Shown piece by piece: positions 18,514-26,784 of a DNA stretch of 28,660 nt. The stretch is from a virus (lineage: Duplodnaviria; Caudoviricetes). A program made the position numbers and the translations under genes. Location: positions 1 through 28,660 of IMG/VR virus record IMGVR_UViG_3300027969_000341; one strand, given 5' to 3'. Under the pieces are notes generated by a model. It ran no database searches. It was not told the DNA's origin and was given only the letters and a program-made list of their open reading frames with translations. The first letter of the stretch is position 1. Each line of letters starts with the position of its first letter.

Positions 18514-19722
18514 ATGGAAATAGGCGGTGGAATCAGTTTTGGTGGAGGTATAAATTATAACGCCGAAACCACACCGGTCTATATTTTTACAACAACTCCA
18601 ACTAGTATTAATGAAGGTGCTTCTGGTAGTTTTGTAATTAATACATCATATGTAGCTGACAGTACTATATTATATTGGCAAGTACTTGGCTATCCATATT
18701 TTAGTTCGGCTGTTGAGGATTTTTCATCAGTTACCGGTTCTTTTACTGTTACTGCTGGAGTAGGTTCATTTATAGTAACACCAACATCTGATTCACTAAC
18801 TGAGGGTAGTGAAACATTTAAAGTTCGTATAAGAACAGATTCATCTAGTGGTCCAATTGTTGCTCTCAGCGATGAAGTGACAATTAATGATACAAGTACT
18901 ACACCCGACGGTGGAGTAGCACAATATTTAGTGGTCGCTGGTGGCGGCGCAGGCGGTGAATCTGGTGCATCAAGAGATTATGGCGGGGGCGGGGGTGCCG
19001 GAGGTATATTATCTGGTGCTGACCTTAGCATCACAGCTGGTAAATCTTACACAATTACTGTGGGCGGCGGCGGTTCGTCAGTTGCGGCAAATGGTACTAA
19101 TTCGGTATTGTCTGGTTCTGGTTTTACAACTAAAACTGCTATTGGTGGTGGTGGTGGCGGATTAACTGGTACGGGCGGTGGCAATGGTAAAGCAGGTGGC
19201 TCTGGCGGCGGAGCATCATTTAACTCAGGTACAGTCGGTGGCTCAGGAACTTCTGGTCCCCCAAGACAAGGATATGATGGTGGAGGTCCTGGTGGAGGAG
19301 CCACTGCAAGAACTGCATCTGCTGGCGGCGGAGGTGGAGCCACAGCAGCCGGCGTTAAAGCCGGTGGCGGCTTTGGTGGAGCCGGTGGCTCCGGATATCA
19401 ATGGGTCGATGGCAATTATTATGCTGGCGGCGGCGGCGGTGCATCAGCACTTGGCAAAACTACTTTTGCTGCTGGAGGAATTGGTGGAGGTGGCAGAGGA
19501 GCAATAGGTGGTGTTGGTTCTGTTTCTGGTACTGTTAATACAGGTGGAGGTGGCGGTAATAGCGGAAGCGGTGTAGCTGTATCGGGCGGAAGCGGAGTTG
19601 TAATTATTCGCTATGCAGATAGTTCACCGGTAGCCTCTTCAACAACTGGATCACCAACAGTAACAGTGTCAGGTGGGTATAGAACATATAAATTTACTGC
19701 ATCCGGCAGTATAACATTCTAA
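18514..19722 (+). CDS. Calx-beta-like domain plus glycine-rich domain protein (402 aa), candidate adhesin
   Basis: TSINEG...F...DF...GSFTV...DSLTEGSETF.V.I...VTINDTS resembles Calx-beta, followed by QYLVVAGGGAGG...GGSGVVIIRY...YKFTASGSITF. Confidence 0.85.
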   Translation: MEIGGGISFGGGINYNAETTPVYIFTTTPTSINEGASGSFVINTSYVADSTILYWQVLGYPYFSSAVEDFSSVTGSFTVTAGVGSFIVTPTSDSLTEGSETFKVRIRTDSSSGPIVALSDEVTINDTSTTPDGGVAQYLVVAGGGAGGESGASRDYGGGGGAGGILSGADLSITAGKSYTITVGGGGSSVAANGTNSVLSGSGFTTKTAIGGGGGGLTGTGGGNGKAGGSGGGASFNSGTVGGSGTSGPPRQGYDGGGPGGGATARTASAGGGGGATAAGVKAGGGFGGAGGSGYQWVDGNYYAGGGGGASALGKTTFAAGGIGGGGRGAIGGVGSVSGTVNTGGGGGNSGSGVAVSGGSGVVIIRYADSSPVASSTTGSPTVTVSGGYRTYKFTASGSITF

Positions 19723-19738
19723 CATTAAAGGAAATTAA

Positions 19739-20095
19739 ATGGCACATTTTGCACAAATAGATGAAAATAACATTGTAAGACAAGTTCTTGTTATAGAACA
19801 AGCAGTAATTGATACTGGTTTGTTTGGAGATCCAAGTTCTTTCGTACAAACAAGTTATAACACACATGGTGGAGTACACAGTTTAGGTGGGACACCATTA
19901 AGAAAGAATTATGCTGGTATAGGATATACTTACGACTCTGGTCGTGACGCATTTATACCACCTAAACCATTCAATAGCTGGGTATTGAATGAAACTACAT
20001 GTCAGTATGATGCACCAGTTGCAATGCCAACTGATGAAAAAATGTATACATGGGATGAAGATTCAACTAGTTGGATTGAAGTCACAGATCAATAA
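19739..20095 (+). CDS. Conserved small phage protein (MAHFA...RKNYAGIGYTYD family), possible partner/chaperone of Gly-rich fibre tips (118 aa)
   Basis: SD AAGGA. MAHFAQID...QTSYNT.GG.H..GGTPLRKNYAGIGYTYD..RDAFIPPKPF.SW.LNE.TC...WDE is a family I recall downstream of Gly-rich genes in aquatic phages. Function is inferred, not established. Confidence 0.8.
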   Translation: MAHFAQIDENNIVRQVLVIEQAVIDTGLFGDPSSFVQTSYNTHGGVHSLGGTPLRKNYAGIGYTYDSGRDAFIPPKPFNSWVLNETTCQYDAPVAMPTDEKMYTWDEDSTSWIEVTDQ

Positions 20096-20106
20096 CCCAA
20101 AAATAA

Positions 20107-20114
20107 GATAAATA
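20107..20114 (+). promoter_or_regulatory. GATAAATA, candidate T4-like late promoter
   Basis: Intergenic, 7/8 match to TATAAATA, upstream of SD GAGGA and ATG 20135. Confidence 0.55.
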
Positions 20115-20134
20115 CAATATAAAGAGGAATAACC

Positions 20135-22615
20135 ATGTCACTATTAAAAATTAAACCGTTTAGCATAGACCAAACTGACACATTCACGTTTGCAAATGCC
20201 AATGTCGCCGCAAATCTATTCACTGGTAATGCTAACTTAGGTAATTTAGCTACTGCTAATTTCTTTAGTGGCAACGGTAATGCACTGTTCAGCATTCAGG
20301 GCGCTAACGTATCAGGTCAAGTAGCTAACGCAACTGTTGCCGGTACTGTATATACAAATGCTCAACCTAATATAACAAGTGTTGGTAGCTTAAGTGGATT
20401 AATAGTTAGTAATGCTACTGGTATAGTTGACTTTACTACAACTGCAAACGTAACGTTAGGTGGTGTAGCAAATTTACATATTGCCGGTGGCACTGATGGT
20501 CAATTCTTAAAAACTAATGGTTCAGGTGTCTTAACTTGGAGCGCAGTGGCAGCAGGTACGGGTAACGCAAATATTGCGGGCGCAAATACTCAAATTTTCT
20601 TCAATAATGCTAATAATTCATCGTTGGGAGCAAGTGCTAATTTAACGTTTGACTCAACTACTAAAACATTAACGGTAGATTTAATTTCTGCTAATGGTTC
20701 CGGATTAACAGCATTAGCTGGTGCTAACGTTACTGGAACAGTAGCAAATGCAAATAACTCAGCATATCTTGGTGGTACTATAGCTTCTAGCTATTTACTA
20801 ACTACAGGTACAGGTAGTTCTTTAACAGCAATTACAGGTGCAAATGTAACTGGTACTGTAAGTTCAGCAACAGTGGCAGCAAGTGCAAACTCGGTGACAG
20901 GTGGTAATGTATCAGGTCAAGTAGGTAATGCATTAATAGCCGGAACAGTATATACAAATGCTCAACCAAACATTACATCAGTTGGCACATTAAGTAGTTT
21001 AGATGTTACTGGTAATATTGCAAGTGGTAATGCAAATCTAGGTAATTTAGTTATAGCTAACTTCTTTAGTGGTAGTGGTGCTAATTTAACAAGCATTGCC
21101 GGTGCTAATGTCACTGGATTTGTTCCAAATGCAAATGTTGCAAATACTGCATTTGCTGTTACTGGTTCTAATGTATCAGGTCAAGTAGGTAATGCATTAA
21201 TTGCGGGTACTGTCTATACAAACGCACAACCTAATATCACTTCAGTCGGAACATTAAGTAGTTTAAGTGTTACAGGTGATATTGGAGGAGCCAATCTAAC
21301 ATTAACTGGTAATTTAATCGTAGGCGGAACAACAACTTCGGTCAACTCAACCGTTACACGTGTGGTTGATCCAATATTCGAATTAGGTGGCGGTGCAAAT
21401 GGTGCAGCATTAATCGGAGATGACAATAAAGACCGCGGTGTGTTATTGCATTACTATAGTGGCGGAGCCGCACTAGACGCATTCATGGGTTGGGATGATA
21501 GCAATGGTGAATTTGGTGTTGGTAGTAATGTATCTTTAACCGGTGAGGTAGTTACTTTCACTAGTTATGGTAATCTACGTGCTGATGTATATTTTGGTAA
21601 CGGTAGTCAGTTAACCGGAGTTTCAGCTACATCATCTTTTAAAATAGCAAACGGTACAAGTAATGTAAATATTGCTACAGTTGATGGTAATGTAACAGTG
21701 GGGGTTGGTGGTACTGCCGGTGTCGTAACAATATCAACTACTGGAGTCAACATCGCAGGTTATGCAAACTTGGGTAGTGGTAATTTAATAACAACCGGCA
21801 ACATAGAAGGTGGATATGTAATTGGTAATGGTAGTAGTTTAACCAGTCTGACTGGTGCTAATGTTACCGGACAAGTATCAAATGCATTAATATCAGGTAC
21901 TGTTTACACTAATGCTCAACCAAATATTACGTCAGTTGGTACTCTAACCGGAGTTACTAGTACAGGTATTATTAACTTAACTGGTACAAGTAATGTTGCA
22001 TTGGGTGCAATAAGCAATGTACATATCACCGGTGGTTCAGCAAACTACTTCTTAAAGACAGACGGATCGGGTGGACTAAGCTGGTCAGCATTACCTTCAA
22101 CTACAATCAGCGTTGATACATACACCGGTGACGGTACTTGGACAATGCAAACATTGAGTTCTACTCCAGTTAATATCAACTATACACTAGTTGCAATTGG
22201 TGGTGTATTTCAACCAAGAGATGCATATGCTTTAACTGGTGCAGTTATCACGTTTGATGATCCTCCACCAAATGGTGCTATCGTTGAAATCACAATAATT
22301 AATGGTGGTACAGCCGGATCATTGGGTTATGTTTATCAAGGCATTAATTCAAGCACTACTGCAATTTCAGGTGTACGATATTTAATAGATACTACAGCCG
22401 CCGTAACACTAACATTACCAGCATCAGCAAGTTTAGGTGATGAAGTTGGCATCATAGATGCTACAGGTAATGCAGGTACACAAAACATTACTATTGCAAG
22501 AAACGGTGGGAATATTGAAGGTTCTGCAAGTAATTTAACTCTTACTGTAAACCGTTCTGCAATTACTTTAGTTTATTACAATAGTACACAAGGTTGGGTT
22601 AAAACGCAAAGATAA
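20135..22615 (+). CDS. Repetitive fibre protein with YTGDG beta-domain and T4 gp34/gp10-like C-terminal domain (826 aa)
   Basis: N-terminal MSLLKIKPFSIDQTDTFTF, four TVYTNAQPNITSVG repeats, DPI/DRG/GWD module and 63-aa VDTYTGDG domain. C-terminal YLIDT...TLP...GD...NITIARNG...QGW. Confidence 0.85.
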   Translation: MSLLKIKPFSIDQTDTFTFANANVAANLFTGNANLGNLATANFFSGNGNALFSIQGANVSGQVANATVAGTVYTNAQPNITSVGSLSGLIVSNATGIVDFTTTANVTLGGVANLHIAGGTDGQFLKTNGSGVLTWSAVAAGTGNANIAGANTQIFFNNANNSSLGASANLTFDSTTKTLTVDLISANGSGLTALAGANVTGTVANANNSAYLGGTIASSYLLTTGTGSSLTAITGANVTGTVSSATVAASANSVTGGNVSGQVGNALIAGTVYTNAQPNITSVGTLSSLDVTGNIASGNANLGNLVIANFFSGSGANLTSIAGANVTGFVPNANVANTAFAVTGSNVSGQVGNALIAGTVYTNAQPNITSVGTLSSLSVTGDIGGANLTLTGNLIVGGTTTSVNSTVTRVVDPIFELGGGANGAALIGDDNKDRGVLLHYYSGGAALDAFMGWDDSNGEFGVGSNVSLTGEVVTFTSYGNLRADVYFGNGSQLTGVSATSSFKIANGTSNVNIATVDGNVTVGVGGTAGVVTISTTGVNIAGYANLGSGNLITTGNIEGGYVIGNGSSLTSLTGANVTGQVSNALISGTVYTNAQPNITSVGTLTGVTSTGIINLTGTSNVALGAISNVHITGGSANYFLKTDGSGGLSWSALPSTTISVDTYTGDGTWTMQTLSSTPVNINYTLVAIGGVFQPRDAYALTGAVITFDDPPPNGAIVEITIINGGTAGSLGYVYQGINSSTTAISGVRYLIDTTAAVTLTLPASASLGDEVGIIDATGNAGTQNITIARNGGNIEGSASNLTLTVNRSAITLVYYNSTQGWVKTQR
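20905..20937 (+). repeat. Intragenic exact 33-nt direct repeat (second copy 21169..21201)
   Basis: taatgtatcaggtcaagtaggtaatgcattaat occurs twice, 264 nt (88 codons) apart. Confidence 0.9.
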
Positions 22616-22618
22616 TTT

Positions 22619-22626
22619 AATAAGTA
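22619..22626 (+). promoter_or_regulatory. AATAAGTA, weak candidate late promoter
   Basis: ATAAGTA in the 21-nt gap before ATG 22637; same variant as at 13465-13479. Confidence 0.3.
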
Positions 22627-22636
22627 GTTAACCACA

Positions 22637-25570
22637 ATGGCATTAGAAAAAATAAGACCCAGAATAGTAGATGAGACCGGTAACTACACATTTAATAATG
22701 TAACAGCAACCGGAAACCTTGTCACCTTAAATGCTAATCTTGGTAATGTTGCACTTGCAAATTATGTAAAAACTGACAATCTATTATACGCTAATGGTGT
22801 TCCTTGGAATTTTGGAGGAGGCGGTGGCGGTGCAACAGTTGCAGGTACAAATACACAAGTACAATTTAATGACGGTGGTTCATTTGGTTCAAATGCAAAT
22901 TTTGTATTTGATAAAAGCACAAATAGGTTAACAGTAGATAACATAACTGCTAACGGTGCGGCATTAACTAATCTAACTGGTGCAAATATATCTGGTACGG
23001 TAGCAAATGCAAACTTTGCAGCCTATGCAGGTAATATCACATTAGCCGCACAAAGTAATATAACAAGTCTAGGGACATTAACAAGTTTATCTGTTACTGG
23101 AAATATTTCTACTGGTAATGCTAATCTTGGTAATTTAGTAATAGCAAATTTCTTTAGTGGTAGCGGTAATAATTTAAGTAATATTCAAGCCAGTAATATA
23201 ACAGGTGCAATAGCATATGCTACTACCGCTAACGCAGTAGCTGGTTCTAATGTATCCGGTGCAGTGTCATATGCCGCAACTGCTAATGCAGTAGCCGGCG
23301 GTAATGTAATGGGGCAGGTTGGTAATGCACTAGTTGCAGGTACAGTCTATACTGCGGCACAAACTAATATCACAAGCGTAGGCACGCTAACAAGCCTAAC
23401 AGTTACCGGTAACATCACGGGCGGCAATGCTAATTTGGGTAACGCAGTAACTGCTAATTACTTTATCGGTAATGGTGCATTGTTAACAGGTGTAGATACA
23501 TTAACTGTAGGTAATGCTGGATTTGCTGACGGTGCAAATTATATTTCAAATGGAACAAGTAATGTAAACACTCCAATAGCTAATGGTAATATTACAGTAA
23601 GTATAGGTGGTGTAGCAAACACAGTAGTATTCACATCAACTGGTATGAATGTCTCCGGTAATATCACTACTTCTGGTAGTGGTGGCAACCTATCTGGTGC
23701 AAACTATGTAATTGCTAATTACTTTACCGGTACATTAACAACAGCCGCACAACCCAATATTACGTCAGTTGGCACACTAACAAGTCTAATTGTTAGTGGT
23801 AATCTAACAGTATCAGGAACAACTACTACAGTTAATTCTACAACTACACGGGTAGTTGATCCAATATTTGAATTAGGTGGCGGAGCAAATGGCGCGGCAT
23901 TGGCAGCAGATGACAACAAAGACCGCGGCTTATTGTTACACTATTACAGTGGAGCGGCGCCAGTTGACGCATTTATTGGATGGGATGATTCAAACGCAGA
24001 ATTTGCATTTGGTAGCAATGTAGCAGTTACAAGTGAAGTTACAACATTCAATAGTTTAGGTAATGTACGTGCTAATTTCTTCTTGGGTAATGGTAGTCAG
24101 TTAACAGGTGTTTCAACAGCAATATCATTAGTTAATGGTAATAGTAACGTAGTAGTAGCCGCTAATAGTAATGTAACTATATCAGTAACAAGTGTAGCAA
24201 ACGTAGTAACTGTAACTTCAACTGGTGTAAACATTGCAGGTTATGCTAACTTAGGTAGTGGTAATCTAATAACTACGGGTAATGTCAATGCCGGGTTTAT
24301 AACAACTACAAGTAATATCAGTGTAGGTAGTAACTACTTCTTAGGTAATGGATTTTATTTAACGGGTATTGATGCTGCCGGACAACTTGCTAATGGTACT
24401 AGTAATATTAGAATACCAACAGCTGGTGCAAATATTACGTTCACAGTTAATGGCACAACAGCGGCTAATATAACAAGTACCGGCTTAGCATTATTAGGTA
24501 CAGGTAACGTAACTGCCGGTAATGTATATGCAAATGCGGGTACAATTGGAGCAAGTGCATTAGTTGGCACACTAAGTACAGCAAATCAATATAATGTAAC
24601 AAACGTAGGTACATTAGGTAACTTAGCAGTAACTAGCAACATAACATCTGGTAACGCTAACTTAGGTAACGCAGTCACTGCTAATTACTTTGTAGGTAAT
24701 GGTAGTCAGTTGACTGGTTTGGGTGGTGCAGGATATATCTTTAATGGTACTAGCAATGTCTTTATTGCAACTAGCGGTGGTAATGTAAGTTTCACGGTTG
24801 GTGGAGCTACAAATGTTTTAACAGTTGTTTCAGCTGGTGCAAATATTGGTGGTTATGCAAACGTAACAGGAAATCTTTCAGTTGTTGGTAACATTACTAG
24901 TGGAAATGCTAATTTAGGTAATGCAGTAGTTGCTAATTACTTTACTGGTAACTTCTATGGTAATGCTAATACAGCAGGCACAGTAATAACTGCGGCTCAG
25001 CCAAACATTACTTCTGTTGGTACATTAACAAGTCTAGATGTTTCTGGAACTGCAAACTTAGGTACGGCTAGTAACGTTAAAATTGGTGGCGGTGCAGCCG
25101 ATTATTTCTTAAAGACTGACGGTGGCGGTAATTTAAGTTGGGCAGTACCCGCAGGTGGCGGTGGTGGTGGCGGAACAAGTTTAACTTATACTTCAGCTAC
25201 CGCACCACCAGCAAGCGGTAACATTTTAGGTGACCAATGGTTTAACACATCAGGTAATATATTATACGAATTCATCAGTGATGGTTCGGCAAGTTATTGG
25301 GTTGATGTATCAAGTCCTACAACATCTACATCTACTCCAACAACATTAGATTTAGCAAATGTGTCTATAGCAGGCGGTAGTAATGGTCAAGCAATAGTAA
25401 GTAATGGCGCAGGTGGATTAAGTTTTGCAAATATATTTTTAAATATTACTGCACCCATAAGTAATACCGCAATAGGAACACCCGGACAAATGGCATATAG
25501 TAGTGGTAATTTGTATGTGTGTGTGGCCACTAATACTTGGGCTAAATTTAGCGGAACAACAAGTTGGTGA
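22637..25570 (+). CDS. Repetitive fibre protein (977 aa)
   Basis: N-terminal MALEKIRPRIVDETGNYTF, five QxNITS-type repeats, repeated GNANLGN.V.AN(Y/F)F.GNG, a DPI/DRG/GWD module and a GDQWFNT...YWVDVS motif. C-terminal GTPGQMAY...LYVCVATNTW motif. Confidence 0.85.
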   Translation: MALEKIRPRIVDETGNYTFNNVTATGNLVTLNANLGNVALANYVKTDNLLYANGVPWNFGGGGGGATVAGTNTQVQFNDGGSFGSNANFVFDKSTNRLTVDNITANGAALTNLTGANISGTVANANFAAYAGNITLAAQSNITSLGTLTSLSVTGNISTGNANLGNLVIANFFSGSGNNLSNIQASNITGAIAYATTANAVAGSNVSGAVSYAATANAVAGGNVMGQVGNALVAGTVYTAAQTNITSVGTLTSLTVTGNITGGNANLGNAVTANYFIGNGALLTGVDTLTVGNAGFADGANYISNGTSNVNTPIANGNITVSIGGVANTVVFTSTGMNVSGNITTSGSGGNLSGANYVIANYFTGTLTTAAQPNITSVGTLTSLIVSGNLTVSGTTTTVNSTTTRVVDPIFELGGGANGAALAADDNKDRGLLLHYYSGAAPVDAFIGWDDSNAEFAFGSNVAVTSEVTTFNSLGNVRANFFLGNGSQLTGVSTAISLVNGNSNVVVAANSNVTISVTSVANVVTVTSTGVNIAGYANLGSGNLITTGNVNAGFITTTSNISVGSNYFLGNGFYLTGIDAAGQLANGTSNIRIPTAGANITFTVNGTTAANITSTGLALLGTGNVTAGNVYANAGTIGASALVGTLSTANQYNVTNVGTLGNLAVTSNITSGNANLGNAVTANYFVGNGSQLTGLGGAGYIFNGTSNVFIATSGGNVSFTVGGATNVLTVVSAGANIGGYANVTGNLSVVGNITSGNANLGNAVVANYFTGNFYGNANTAGTVITAAQPNITSVGTLTSLDVSGTANLGTASNVKIGGGAADYFLKTDGGGNLSWAVPAGGGGGGGTSLTYTSATAPPASGNILGDQWFNTSGNILYEFISDGSASYWVDVSSPTTSTSTPTTLDLANVSIAGGSNGQAIVSNGAGGLSFANIFLNITAPISNTAIGTPGQMAYSSGNLYVCVATNTWAKFSGTTSW

Positions 25571-25571
25571 T

Positions 25572-25579
25572 TATAAATA
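25572..25579 (+). promoter_or_regulatory. TATAAATA, exact T4 late promoter consensus
   Basis: Intergenic, upstream of SD AAGGT and ATG 25596. Confidence 0.6.
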
Positions 25580-25595
25580 TAGAATAAGGTAAAAA

Positions 25596-26432
25596 ATGGC
25601 ATTTCCAAGTAGTCCAGCAAATAATCAAGTAGCGGTACAAAATGGTATCACATATACCTACAACAGTACTTATAGTTCTTGGACACGTAATCCTGCTACA
25701 TTACCTACTTTAAGTGTATACATTGATACATTTACGGGTGATGGTATCTCAACAGCATTCACATTAAGTCTTACACCAGGTGGTGCAGACTTTATCAGTA
25801 TTAATATTGACGGTGTAAGTCAGTTAAAGTCAGCATATACATTATCAACTAACATAGTAACATTTACTGGTATACCTGATGTTGGTTCAATTATTGAAAT
25901 TAAGTCATGGAATGCGGCTACAGTTGGTGTGTTAACTGGATTAACATTTGATAGTTTTACTGGCGACGGCACTGACACTACATTTACATTAAGCACAAGC
26001 CCAACAAATAAAAACTATACACTAGTAACTGTTGGTGGTATCACACAAGAAAAAGTTAATTATAATGTAAGTGGAACAACACTAACATTTACTACAGCAC
26101 CCCCAAACAATGCACCAATTGAAGTAATGACGTTTGGTCCTGCGGTTAATTCTGGAATAGTGGGCGGCATTAATTCACAAGTACAATACAATAACTCAGG
26201 TGCATTGAGTGGTAGTGCAAACTTGACATTCAATAATACTTCTAACACGTTAGCAGTAACAAATATAGAAGTTACTGGAGCAAATTTAGGCTCTGCTAGT
26301 AACTTAGTAATTACAGGTGGAACAAACGGGCAATTGCTATCTAGCAATGGTTCAGGTGGAGTAAGTTGGACTAGTATAACTTCAACTATTAATTCTAGAG
26401 CCTTAGTAATGGGAATAATATTCGGAGGATAA
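25596..26432 (+). CDS. Connector-like protein with two tandem FTGDG beta-domains (278 aa)
   Basis: N-terminal MAFPSSPANNQ...GITYTY...W, two 63-aa FTGDG domains (25722..25910 and 25947..26135), C-terminal ALVMGIIFGG. Confidence 0.85.
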   Translation: MAFPSSPANNQVAVQNGITYTYNSTYSSWTRNPATLPTLSVYIDTFTGDGISTAFTLSLTPGGADFISINIDGVSQLKSAYTLSTNIVTFTGIPDVGSIIEIKSWNAATVGVLTGLTFDSFTGDGTDTTFTLSTSPTNKNYTLVTVGGITQEKVNYNVSGTTLTFTTAPPNNAPIEVMTFGPAVNSGIVGGINSQVQYNNSGALSGSANLTFNNTSNTLAVTNIEVTGANLGSASNLVITGGTNGQLLSSNGSGGVSWTSITSTINSRALVMGIIFGG

Positions 26433-26433
26433 T

Positions 26434-26784
26434 ATGGCAATACCAAATTTACTAAACACATCATCAGTTTATGGGCAATGTACAGGGAAAATTTTGACAA
26501 CTGGCAGTCAAGATATAATCACAAACACCACTAATCAAACTATTAAAATTAATACTTTTCTTGCTACTAATATTACTGCTAGCGCAGTAACAGTAACTAT
26601 TGGTTATTATGAGAATTCAACGACAACTACATTTTATATGTTATACCAGACTCAAGTGCCTGGAAATGGTTCACTAGACGTTTTTAATAGACCATTCTAT
26701 TTAAAAGAATCTGATAAAATTACTGCACTTGCTGGTGCGGGCACATCAATTCATGTAGTAGCTAGTTGGGAGTCATTAGCATAA
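26434..26784 (+). CDS. Small beta-rich phage protein (116 aa), adaptor-like
   Basis: SD GGAGG. MAIPNLLN...KIN.....N.....VTVTI...VP...SLDV...YL.E.D.I...VVASWE pattern. Stop overlaps the next ATG. Confidence 0.8.
   Translation: MAIPNLLNTSSVYGQCTGKILTTGSQDIITNTTNQTIKINTFLATNITASAVTVTIGYYENSTTTTFYMLYQTQVPGNGSLDVFNRPFYLKESDKITALAGAGTSIHVVASWESLA

Noticed and set aside
17680-19600. GC-richer islands as horizontally acquired DNA or collagen-like repeats
   Set aside because: The GC rise follows from poly-Gly codons, and the runs are GGGG-type rather than Gly-X-Y triplets.
18370-19722. Diversity-generating retroelement VR/TR pair at adhesin 3' ends
   Set aside because: Both copies are coding gene ends, the mismatches are not adenine-specific, and no reverse transcriptase is in the window.
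18478-19722. Invertase shufflon or att-site system
   Set aside because: The repeats are direct, all cassettes are co-oriented with their own starts, and no recombinase is encoded in the window.
7355-25576. Stop-codon reassignment (no TAG stops; both TGA stops are backed by an in-frame TAA within two codons)
   Set aside because: All long genes are intact under the standard bacterial code with no internal TGA or TAG. TAA preference and backup stops are expected in AT-rich DNA.
26766-26783. TTG start given in the ORF track for the Gly-rich gene
   Set aside because: ATG 26784 overlapping the upstream stop matches the coupling pattern seen elsewhere in the window.
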